Below are positions 1-7,819 of a stretch of 32,140 nucleotides of DNA, in pieces. Source of the stretch: Planctomycetota bacterium (GTDB taxonomy: Bacteria > Planctomycetota > Planctomycetia > Gemmatales > Gemmataceae); the NCBI GenBank assembly GCA_016200155.1, contig JACQFG010000310.1, forward strand, positions 1 through 32,140, written 5' to 3'. The notes under the pieces were generated by a model. That model was given only the letters and a program-made list of their open reading frames with translations, searched no databases and had not been told where the DNA came from. The position numbers and the translations under genes were made by a program. Within the stretch, counting starts at the first letter, position 1; each line of letters opens with the position of its first letter.

Positions 1-44
1 ATCACGACCAGCAGTTCGATTAGCGAGAACGCGGGCCGGCGCAT
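1..44 (-). CDS. Partial CDS (first 14 codons only): prepilin-type N-terminal cleavage/methylation-domain protein, DUF1559-like
   Basis: The reverse strand has ATG at 44-42 and reads MRRPAFSLIELLVV, a type IV pilin-like leader plus hydrophobic motif. AGGAGG (50..55) lies 5 nt upstream, directly after the stop of the upstream gene. The CDS runs off the window edge. Confidence 0.6.
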   Translation of the reverse strand, partial: MRRPAFSLIELLVV

Positions 45-57
45 GGGGGCCTCCTGT

Positions 58-1128
58 TCAGCGGTCGGATTTGGCGCCTTTGCCGAGGTTGAGCGGGGCA
101 GCCATCGCCGCCGGGATGGAGAACTTGAAAACCCCGGGGCGGTCCCAGGCTTCGGCGGCCACTTCGAGGTGCAGCTTGTCCCAGCCCTTGGGCGGCGCCG
201 CGAACACCAGCACCTCGTCGCTCGCCTGGACCGGGACGGAACCGGCCTTGGCATCCGCGCTGTCCGCCCCGATGACCCTGGCCTCGCGCAGCTCCACCGA
301 CTTGCCGGCGCCGTCGGTCAGCTTCAACGTCCCTTCGCGCTGGAACGGCCGCCTCGTGCGATTGGCGGCAAAGTCGAGTTTTTTCCCCTTCGTCCCAATG
401 ACCTGCACCCGAAGATTGATGTGCAGCGTTTCCTTGGTCATCGTCACGCCGGCAACTTGCACGCGCAGGTCATTGCTTTGCAGCGCGTAGCGGCTGGCAT
501 CGACCCAGTCGGGGACGTCCTTGCGGTACGCGTCGCCGGCGTTGAACGGTATCGCCATCATGCCGTCGGGTTGCCAGATCTCCGCCGCCGGCTGACGCGC
601 TGCCTGAAACGTCGGGCCAAACACGCCGGGCAACGCCAGGGCCATCGTCCCCATGGCGGCGTGCGCCGCGCTGCCCAGGCCCGGAACGATCCAGCGCGAC
701 GGAGCGGCTCGGCACACCAGGCCCGTCGCGATCAAGCCGATCAGCAGGCCGACGCCGCTCAAGGGCAGCACCAGTCCCGCAAGGGTTGCGATGGTCGCGC
801 TGATCAACGCCAAACCCGCGCTCAGCAGCGCCGCCGCCCCCAGCACGCCGGCCAGGCGATGAAGCCGCGACACAGGCTGCGGTGCGAAATCAGCCTCCTC
901 GACCGGGACCGCCTCGACCGCCTCCGCGATCGCCGCCGACACCGCCGCTTCCGGCACCGGTTCGACGTCGGCATCCGCTGCCTTGGCCGACGCAGGCGCC
1001 CGCTGATCGTCCGCCGGCGCCATCGTGAACGTGTTCGCGCAGCGCGTACACCGTCCGCTCGCCCCCAGCGCCCGCTCCGGCGCCCGCGAACGCACCTTGC
1101 AGTACGGACATTGCACGATGAATGCCAT
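58..1128 (-). CDS. Hypothetical membrane protein with N-terminal zinc ribbon (CPYC...CTRC), central TM helices and a C-terminal soluble domain
   Basis: 356-aa ORF. It shows CxxC-x17-CxxC at the N-terminus, an Ala/Gly/Leu-rich hydrophobic block and a non-repetitive C-terminal domain. It is followed tightly by the pilin-like gene. The antisense ORF 43..1149 is Arg/Pro-rich junk. Confidence 0.7.
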   Translation of the reverse strand: MAFIVQCPYCKVRSRAPERALGASGRCTRCANTFTMAPADDQRAPASAKAADADVEPVPEAAVSAAIAEAVEAVPVEEADFAPQPVSRLHRLAGVLGAAALLSAGLALISATIATLAGLVLPLSGVGLLIGLIATGLVCRAAPSRWIVPGLGSAAHAAMGTMALALPGVFGPTFQAARQPAAEIWQPDGMMAIPFNAGDAYRKDVPDWVDASRYALQSNDLRVQVAGVTMTKETLHINLRVQVIGTKGKKLDFAANRTRRPFQREGTLKLTDGAGKSVELREARVIGADSADAKAGSVPVQASDEVLVFAAPPKGWDKLHLEVAAEAWDRPGVFKFSIPAAMAAPLNLGKGAKSDR

Positions 1129-1263
1129 TGTCGCCGCCCGATATGGTGATGCTGCTGGGATTATCCCATGTCGCCGGGCGATTGCAAATGAAAAAATACA
1201 CCCACGAAGGGCACGAAGAACACGAAGAGAAGAAGGCGGTGGGCTGATGGAGGCGCCGCGATT

Positions 1264-1361
1264 TGACTTGCATTGCGCTTGCGAGTTTTACACACACCCT
1301 CACTCCCACCCCACCCGGTCGACACAAAATGACTTGCATTGCGCTTGCGAGTTTTACACAC
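1264..1361. repeat. Two direct copies of a 32-nt repeat (TGACTTGCATTGCGCTTGCGAGTTTTACACAC) with 66-nt periodicity
   Basis: Identical 32-mers at 1264..1295 and 1330..1361, read directly from the sequence. Each has an internal TTGC(N2) hexamer periodicity. Both are intergenic. Confidence 0.9.
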
Positions 1362-1558
1362 TCTCTCTCGCTTCCCCCTGCACGACAACCGACTTTGAAT
1401 CGCTTGTGTATCCCGGCCTGAAAGGCCGATTCTGTCAGCCCAGGCCGAAGGCCTTGGATAGCGGCTTCGTCCGGTTGTCTCACCACGGGCAGGCCTGCTC
1501 TGTTGTCGTCAGATCTTGAAAATGGTACGATCCCATTGGAAAGATTTGAGGGAAGCAA

Positions 1559-1780
1559 ATGAAAGCCAAGAAATGCCCGAGATGCGGCAAATCAAGCCTT
1601 TATGAAACACGAGGCGAATATCGCATGGAGCTGCCCCCGAACATCGCCGGCCCTACGGTCGTCGTTGCCGACGCCGAATGGCAGCATTGCAATTCGTGCG
1701 GCGAGGACGTCCTTTCGAAGGAGTTGGAGCAAGCCATCAACCGCAAATGCCGGCGGCGCAAGAAATCGACGGTTGCGTGA
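1559..1780 (+). CDS. Small zinc-finger protein, YgiT/MqsA-N-terminal-type (CxxC...CxxC)
   Basis: 73-aa ORF starting MKAKKCPRCGKSSL and containing HCNSCGEDVL. GAGGGAAG lies upstream of the ATG. The architecture matches the YgiT-type zinc finger. Confidence 0.55.
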   Translation: MKAKKCPRCGKSSLYETRGEYRMELPPNIAGPTVVVADAEWQHCNSCGEDVLSKELEQAINRKCRRRKKSTVA

Positions 1781-1891
1781 ATCGTCTTCGATCCCGGCCT
1801 GCGACAAGACAGGCGTAGTGATAACATCGAGGACGGAAAAGGTGATCCACGGAGATCCGGCCTCGAAGTAGGCTTCCAAGAGAGACCAATC

Positions 1892-3820
1892 ATGAAATCA
1901 ATTCTTGTTCGCCTTCTGGTGCTTCTTCTGATCGCCCTCGTCACGCCGCCGCTGGCGACCGCTGCCACACTTGTCGAGAAGGGGCAGGCCCGTGCCATCA
2001 TCATCGTGCCGAACAAGGCTTCGCCGGTCGTGCAGAACGCTGCCCGTGTGCTTCAAGACCATATCAAGCAGATGTCCGGGGCCGAGCTGCCCATCCGCAC
2101 TGAGGACAAGATCACGGGTTCTCCGAACAAGGATCAGGCTTGGATTCTCGTTGGCGAAGGCAAGCTCGCCGAGAAGCTGGGATTGACCAGCAAAGGCTTG
2201 GGATCGGGCGGTATCTTTCAATCGGCCAAGGGAAATGTCCTGGCGCTTTTCGGCACCGATGCACGAACTCCCTCGGACCCGCACGGCACTCGCTATGCCG
2301 TCACCACGTTTCTGGAAGATAAACTGGGCGTCCGCTACCTTTGGCCCGGCGATCTCGGCAAGGTTGTGCCACGCAGGGAATCGATCACCGTAGCAGACTT
2401 CCAGCACCGCTTCACTCCGAAGCTTGCGCAGCGGCGCATTCGCAGCATGGGCTATCATGATCGCCTTCAGGTCGGGCTCGACAATCTTGGCTTCACCAAA
2501 GCGGACTACGAGCGATTGCAGGCCGATGCCCGGCGCACGCAGGTGGAATCGCCAGACTGGTTCGGCTGGCATCGCCTGGGCGGCACATTGAACATGAACA
2601 GCGGCCACGCTTTCGGCCATCTGTGGGAGAAGCACGGCAAGGATCATCCCGAATGGTTTGCCCTTCAACACGACGGTAGCCGTGACCAGTCCAAGAGCCC
2701 CGACCGAGCCAGACTGTGCGTGTCGAACGCCGACCTGATCGCCGCCATCGCCAAGGAAAAGATCGACGAGTTGAACAAGAATCCGAACCTGCTCGGTGTC
2801 AGCATTGCGCCGAACGATGGCGGACGTTCGTCATTCTGCACCTGTCCCAAGTGCGAGGCTCTTGACGCCGTCAAGGGGCGCAAAGTGCTGTTATGGGATT
2901 TCAGCAAAGGAGCCCGGCGTGACTTCGAGCATGTGTCCCTGACCGACCGCATGGTGTCCTTCTGGAATGCCATCGCCGAAAAGGTAGCAAAGGTGCATCC
3001 TGACAAACTGCTGGTCGTGGACGCTTACAGCGTTTACGCAGCCCCACCTATCGAGCGAAAGATGCATCCGAATCTTGTCGTCCGTTTTGCGCCCCTCAGT
3101 TATCACGCCGAGGATTATCGTCAGGAGAGCATGCGGGAATGGGACGCCTGGTCGAAGGCGGCGAAGCGAATCTACTTCCGGCCCAACCTGATGCTTGCCG
3201 GTCGGCGTGACGGCATGCCCCTCCTTTACGTTCACAAGTTCGGCAAGGACTTCCGCTATCTGGCCGACCACGGCATGATGGGGACCGACTTCGACTCCTG
3301 CTGCCACAACTGGGCAACGCAGGGGCTCAACTACTACGTCGTAGCCCGGCTTCACTGGAGCCCGGAGCAGGACGTGGACTCAATCGTGGACGATTATTGC
3401 CAGGCCGGTTTCGGTCCAGCAGCGAAATCGGTGCGTCGGTACTTTGACGGCCTGGAGGCGATGATGGACGAAGCCGCCACCAAGAAGGAAAAACCCACCA
3501 CGGTCTTTCATCTGAAGGCGCTCGCCAAGCTTCGCAACGAACTGGAGCAAGCCCGCCGGGATGCAGGCAGTGATGCCACGGTCGTCAAGCGGATCGCCTT
3601 CTTGGAGACTGGCCTCCGTTGGACCGAGATCGAGGTCGCTGCCCATGCCTTCCTTGAGGAACCAGCGAAAGCAGACAAAGCTGTGGCAAAGAAGATCCTT
3701 GATGAACGGTTCGCCTTGATGCAACGGATCTTTCGTGAGACGCCCCTGGCACTGAACGTGGCCTACATCTCCTGGGGCGAAGACGGCTTGTGGTCACGGC
3801 TGGGCTGGAAGCGCCCATGA
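1892..3820 (+). CDS. Secreted DUF4838-like protein (glycan-active, GH20/GH67-N-like fold family)
   Basis: 642 aa with a signal peptide (MKSILVRLLVLLLIALVTPPLATA). The N-terminal pattern LVEKGQARAIIIV...AARVLQDHIKQMSGAELPI...YAVTTFLEDKLGVRYLWPG is typical of DUF4838 proteins. Confidence 0.75.
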   Translation: MKSILVRLLVLLLIALVTPPLATAATLVEKGQARAIIIVPNKASPVVQNAARVLQDHIKQMSGAELPIRTEDKITGSPNKDQAWILVGEGKLAEKLGLTSKGLGSGGIFQSAKGNVLALFGTDARTPSDPHGTRYAVTTFLEDKLGVRYLWPGDLGKVVPRRESITVADFQHRFTPKLAQRRIRSMGYHDRLQVGLDNLGFTKADYERLQADARRTQVESPDWFGWHRLGGTLNMNSGHAFGHLWEKHGKDHPEWFALQHDGSRDQSKSPDRARLCVSNADLIAAIAKEKIDELNKNPNLLGVSIAPNDGGRSSFCTCPKCEALDAVKGRKVLLWDFSKGARRDFEHVSLTDRMVSFWNAIAEKVAKVHPDKLLVVDAYSVYAAPPIERKMHPNLVVRFAPLSYHAEDYRQESMREWDAWSKAAKRIYFRPNLMLAGRRDGMPLLYVHKFGKDFRYLADHGMMGTDFDSCCHNWATQGLNYYVVARLHWSPEQDVDSIVDDYCQAGFGPAAKSVRRYFDGLEAMMDEAATKKEKPTTVFHLKALAKLRNELEQARRDAGSDATVVKRIAFLETGLRWTEIEVAAHAFLEEPAKADKAVAKKILDERFALMQRIFRETPLALNVAYISWGEDGLWSRLGWKRP

Positions 3821-3852
3821 CCGGCGCTGGACACCCTCAGCAGGAGTCTTCC

Positions 3853-4590
3853 ATGAAAAGACGCATTTCTATTCTCGGCCTCGTATCAGTGTTCTGCTTG
3901 CTCGGACTGTTGTCCAGCACGGCTCAACCGCAGGGCGACAAATCGAAGGGCGAGATCCACGTCCTCTTCATCGGCAACAGCCTCACCTACGGCAACGACC
4001 TGCCGAAGATGATTGCTGAACTTGCCGAGGCTGGAAAACAGCGTCCCATGCGCCACGAGCGGGAAACGCCGGGCGGATGCACTTTCGAGAAACACTGGAA
4101 GGACGGCAAGGCGCTGGCGAAGATTCAATCCCGCAAATGGGACTTCGTGGTTCTTCAGGATCAGAGCCAGGCTCCGCTGCAAAAGAAAGATGCCATGTTC
4201 GACTACGGCAAGAAGTTCGATGCCGAGATCAAAAAGCACGGGGCCAAGACGATCCTCTACCAGACCTGGGCATTGCAGAACAAGCCTGACGATCAGCCAG
4301 CCATCAGCAAGGCGTACCTGGATCTGTCGAAGGAATTGAAGAGCGGCATCGCCCCGGTCGGCAATGCGTGGGACGCAGCTTTGAAGGCTGACAAAAAGCT
4401 GGTCCTACACACCAATGACAAGAAGCATCCCAACATCACCGGCACCTACTTGGCGGCGTGCGTGTTCTACGCAACCATCTATGGCAAAAGCCCCGAGGGA
4501 CTTCCCGAACGCCTGGGCAAGTTGACGGACGAGGAAGCTCGCCGCTTGCAGGCCATCGCTTGGAAGACGGTTCAAACGATGAGCAAATGA
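3853..4590 (+). CDS. SGNH/GDSL-like hydrolase (secreted)
   Basis: I chose the internal ATG at 3853, which is preceded by CAGGAG and gives the signal peptide MKRRISILGLVSVFCLLGLL. Block I is like VLFIGNSLTYGNDL. The track ORF start at 3790 overlaps the upstream gene. Confidence 0.75.
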   Translation: MKRRISILGLVSVFCLLGLLSSTAQPQGDKSKGEIHVLFIGNSLTYGNDLPKMIAELAEAGKQRPMRHERETPGGCTFEKHWKDGKALAKIQSRKWDFVVLQDQSQAPLQKKDAMFDYGKKFDAEIKKHGAKTILYQTWALQNKPDDQPAISKAYLDLSKELKSGIAPVGNAWDAALKADKKLVLHTNDKKHPNITGTYLAACVFYATIYGKSPEGLPERLGKLTDEEARRLQAIAWKTVQTMSK

Positions 4591-4829
4591 ATCGAGACCA
4601 GACCCCGCTATGTCGACCCGGCGCTGAAGCGTTGGCTGCGATACTTCTGCTGATTGTCTCGAAGCCAACTTTGCGTGTACTTGAGTGTTTCCCGAAAGTC
4701 GGGGGCATTCTAAGTTCATCCGGTGCATTGACCGGCTCCTTCGCGAGCGGCACTACATCACTGAACCAGCGTAAGGGATGGCGGCGAAGCGAAGGATGTT
4801 AGCGATCCGCAAAAAAACCCGACCATTTT

Positions 4830-4913
4830 GTAGGGTGGGTCGAGCGTACTCGCGAGGCCCACCGGACCTTGCAAGCGCTTGGTGGGCCTCGCGAGTACGG
4901 TCGACCCACCTAC
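4830..4913. repeat. Near-perfect inverted repeat of about 33 bp (GTAGGGTGGGTCGAGCGTACTCGCGAGGCCCACC / GGTGGGCCTCGCGAGTACGGTCGACCCACCTAC) with a 17-nt loop; REP-like hairpin
   Basis: Arms at 4830..4863 and 4881..4913 are reverse complements with one mismatch and one 1-nt indel. The element lies in the 480-nt spacer between two + strand genes. Confidence 0.85.
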
Positions 4914-5071
4914 GGTCTCAATTGACCAGATTATTTCTTCGCGAACACTTGGCGATCAGCAATTCATTGCAGCCCATTCCTTGTGGGACTCGTTGCGTCA
5001 AACTGATTATCGTAACATTGAGAAAGTGTCAAATGCGATGCCGGTTAGGTTTATCCAATCCGGGAGAACCC

Positions 5072-6265
5072 ATGCGTTCCTTGTTTTTTGCCCTTCTGCC
5101 AGCAACGCTGGCTCTAGCGCTGGCCGCGGGCACAACCGCCCAGGATCAGGCCGTTCCCGGCATCCGCACCAAGCAGCGCTTGACGATCCTCAGCGCCAAC
5201 GACGGCGATGTTCACGCGCGGCGCGACAAGGACGCCAAGAAGCGGACGCCCGACTCGATCACGGTGATCCACCTCGGGCCGGACCATCCGCCGATCGTCA
5301 AGACGGTGTACGGCACCGTGCCCAATACGATCTCCGGGCCTCCGTACATGGCGATGACCGGCGACGGCCGTTATGGCTTCGTCACCTCGCGCAAGAGCAA
5401 GGACGACCCTGACGCTCCTGAACTCATCAGCGTGATCGATCTCGCCGCCGACGACTTGAAGGTCGTGCAGACCGTCAAGCTGCCCGATCCGCGCATGGCC
5501 GTCATGCATTCCGACGGCAAACGCCTCCTCATCCCTTACGACACCGGCATCCGCGTCTTCGAGATGCGCGACGGCCAGCTCACCCTTGTCAAAGACAACC
5601 CGACTGACTTCCGCGTCTTCAATGTTGACATCAGCCCCCGCGGTGATCGCGTCGTCGGCAATGGCTACAAGGAAAAAGGCGGCAAGCTGACGGTCCACGC
5701 CTTCAACTACAAAGATGGCGTCATCAGCTACCAAAGCGAGCTGAAGATCAAGCCCGGCTTGCCCGACTGGGACGGGCCCTACGCCATGCGCTTCACTCCC
5801 GACGGCAAACGCGTGGTCATCCCCAACGGCTTCCACAATGGCAGCCGCGGCGTCCTGGCGCCGGTGTTCATCGCCGATTTCACGCTCGAAACGCCCACCG
5901 TGACCGAATCCGTGCCCCAGGTCGCCGACGGCATCGAAGGAGTCGCCATTCATCCCAGCGGCAAGTTCGCTGTCCTCAGTTGCCTGGAGGACAGCCCGCG
6001 CGTCGTGAATCAGGCCTACAGCCATCTCGCCGTCATCGATTTGACCAGCAAGCCGGCGCGGTTGCTCTATCACCTGGATGTCGAGAGCTTGCCGGAAGGC
6101 ATGGAGTTTTCGCCCGACGGCTCCCAGTTGTTCGTCGGCCTGACCTACGCCCATCGCATCGCGGTTTTCGACGTGGAAGGCTTTCGTCTCAAACGCAGTC
6201 CGTTCGTCCTGCGTGTCGGGCATGGGCCTTGTTCGATGGCAATCGGGGCGAGATTTTCGAAGTGA
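5072..6265 (+). CDS. Secreted beta-propeller protein (lactonase/YncE-like repeats)
   Basis: ATG at 5072 follows GGGAGA and gives the signal peptide MRSLFFALLPATLALALAAG. Repeated (S/T)PDGK-type blade motifs occur: HSDGKRLLIP, FTPDGKRVVIP, HPSGKFAVLS, FSPDGSQLFV. The upstream part of the track ORF is translation of the hairpin repeat. Confidence 0.65.
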   Translation: MRSLFFALLPATLALALAAGTTAQDQAVPGIRTKQRLTILSANDGDVHARRDKDAKKRTPDSITVIHLGPDHPPIVKTVYGTVPNTISGPPYMAMTGDGRYGFVTSRKSKDDPDAPELISVIDLAADDLKVVQTVKLPDPRMAVMHSDGKRLLIPYDTGIRVFEMRDGQLTLVKDNPTDFRVFNVDISPRGDRVVGNGYKEKGGKLTVHAFNYKDGVISYQSELKIKPGLPDWDGPYAMRFTPDGKRVVIPNGFHNGSRGVLAPVFIADFTLETPTVTESVPQVADGIEGVAIHPSGKFAVLSCLEDSPRVVNQAYSHLAVIDLTSKPARLLYHLDVESLPEGMEFSPDGSQLFVGLTYAHRIAVFDVEGFRLKRSPFVLRVGHGPCSMAIGARFSK

Positions 6266-6301
6266 CAGGGTCGCAACCCGGGCCGCTCGCTGGAAACGTG
6301 G

Positions 6302-7486
6302 TCACTCGATCGAACCTTGGACGACATTGGCGATTCGGCGCAGCAGAAAGCCGCGGTCCTGGCGCCACGGTTGCGTGGTGAGAACCACACACAGCAATTC
6401 GCGCTGTGGGTCGGCCCAGGCAACGGTACCGCTGGCGCCGCTGTGGCCGAAGGTTCGTTCGGACGACAGGTCGCCAAAAGCATTCCACGCCGTGGACGTC
6501 TGCAATCCCCAACCCAATCCCCACGGATGGCCGAGGCTCTTGTTCCGGTCCGTTGTCATCGCCTCCACCGTGGCGCTCCCCAGAATGCGGTTGCCGTCGT
6601 AAACCCCTCCGTTGAGAAACATTTGCAGCACGATGCCGAGATCATCGGCCGTGCTATGGTTACCGCCCCAGGGATGGCCGAGCTTCCGCAGGTAGCCGCT
6701 GTTCGCTCCGTAGCGTTCAAGGTCTTTCTCGGTCTGGGCGAAGGAATCGCCCTGTACGCGGGCGGTATCCGCCAGGGCTCGCTTGCCCAGGCCCAGAGTG
6801 CTGTTCTTCATCTTCAACGGCTCGAAGAGTTCACGCTGTTCAAACTCGGCCAACGGCATTTTCGTGACCCGTTCCACGATCTCCGCTGCCAAAAGAGTGC
6901 CCATGCTGGAATACTTGAACGAGGTGCGCGGCTCAAACAACAGCGGCGTGGTCATGGCGCCTTTGACGAAGTCGCCCAGCGGCGCGTTCGCTTCGCGGAG
7001 CTTGATATTCTCGGGGAGCATGTCCGGCAAACCCGCGGTGTGCGTCAGCAAGTCCTGCACGCGCACTTTTTCCCGGCCCGGTCCCTTGAACTCGGGCAGG
7101 TACTTTTGCACGGGGTCGGCGAGCGAAATCTGGCCCCGCTCCACCAGGAGCATCAGCATGAGGACGGTAATCGGCTTGGAGATCGACGCCAGGATGTACA
7201 CGGTCTCCGGCCCGGCCTTGGCGCTGGCAGCATCCGGGGCGAGCGTGCCCCAGCCGCCGCGCAAGACAATGACGCCGCGCCGCGCCACCAGAACCGAGGC
7301 GGCCGTCACGCGCCCGCTCTTGGTTTCGTCCGTCAGGATCTGGTTCACGATTTCCAGGCGGCGCCCCGACATGCCCACTTGCTCGGGCTTGCCGGCTTTC
7401 AGCACGCGATCCTCGGCCCGGCTCGAACCTGCAAGGAACGTGACGGACAGGGTCAGGGTGATGACCAGAATGGAGATGGCGCGCAT
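6302..7486 (-). CDS. Serine hydrolase, beta-lactamase (class C/PBP-like) family
   Basis: Start at 7486 gives the signal peptide MRAISILVITLTLSVTFLAGSS. Motifs seen: SxxK (ASISKPIT), a YxN-like motif (KYSSMG) and a KTG-like motif (FGHSGASGT). The track ORF extension to 8023 crosses an intergenic hairpin. Confidence 0.8.
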   Translation of the reverse strand: MRAISILVITLTLSVTFLAGSSRAEDRVLKAGKPEQVGMSGRRLEIVNQILTDETKSGRVTAASVLVARRGVIVLRGGWGTLAPDAASAKAGPETVYILASISKPITVLMLMLLVERGQISLADPVQKYLPEFKGPGREKVRVQDLLTHTAGLPDMLPENIKLREANAPLGDFVKGAMTTPLLFEPRTSFKYSSMGTLLAAEIVERVTKMPLAEFEQRELFEPLKMKNSTLGLGKRALADTARVQGDSFAQTEKDLERYGANSGYLRKLGHPWGGNHSTADDLGIVLQMFLNGGVYDGNRILGSATVEAMTTDRNKSLGHPWGLGWGLQTSTAWNAFGDLSSERTFGHSGASGTVAWADPQRELLCVVLTTQPWRQDRGFLLRRIANVVQGSIE

Positions 7487-7618
7487 GTGAATTTCCTTGA
7501 AGGTGAGCTGCCCGGCCGGAGGATTCCTTTGCGGGCTTGACGTTGATCGCAGTGCCGAATTCCTGTCCGTTATATTGAATAGGATTGAGAGCACGACTTC
7601 GTGGTTCTGTGTTACGCT

Positions 7619-7728
7619 GGCTTTGCTACGAAACTCGTGGCGGCAAGACTCTGACCTTGCCGTTTGCTTGATTTTCACGGCAAGATCGGAGTCTTGCCGC
7701 CACAAAAACAGCGTTTCGTAGCAAAGCC
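7619..7728. repeat. 110-nt nested imperfect palindrome (three stacked stems) in a divergent intergenic region; MITE/REP-like
   Basis: GGCTTTGCTACGAAAC (7619..7634) pairs with GTTTCGTAGCAAAGCC (7713..7728). GTGGCGGCAAGACTC (7637..7651) pairs with GAGTCTTGCCGCCAC (7689..7703). CTTGCCG (7656..7662) pairs with CGGCAAG (7679..7685). The element is flanked by direct GTGTTAC at 7609..7615 and 7729..7735. Confidence 0.85.
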
Positions 7729-7819
7729 GTGTTACCTTGGAGAAGGGCAACCTCCCGACCGGGGTCCTCGACAATCCGTTTTGTGAACGGCTCGCCATTG
7801 TAATCGAAAGGACATCATC

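Noticed and set aside
43-1149. 368-aa + strand ORF, and similar long ORFs antisense to called genes: 5114..6223(-), 6317..7540(+), 8288..9319(-), 10292..12244(-), 15069..16223(+), 20507..21373(+), 21445..22254(+), 22571..23359(-), 25685..26539(-), 27299..28435(+), 30111..31544(-)
   Set aside because: These are Arg/Pro/Gly/Ala-rich, low-complexity translations with no motifs. They lie opposite ORFs that have clear family signatures, signal peptides and SD sequences. They are typical shadow ORFs of high-GC DNA.
1264-1361. Possible CRISPR array
   Set aside because: There are only two repeat copies, no further units, no cas genes in the window, and the spacer is low-complexity C/A-rich.
4778-5071. 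N-terminal extensions of track ORFs 4778..6265, 6302..8023, 12914..14320, 14363..15118 and 28675..30114
   Set aside because: The extensions translate intergenic hairpin repeats, giving for example CRVGRAYSRGPP, KAQRRK/LCAFAPLRLCV and RQDSDLAVKIKQTARSESCRH. They lack SDs. Internal ATGs with SD and a signal peptide give sensible proteins.
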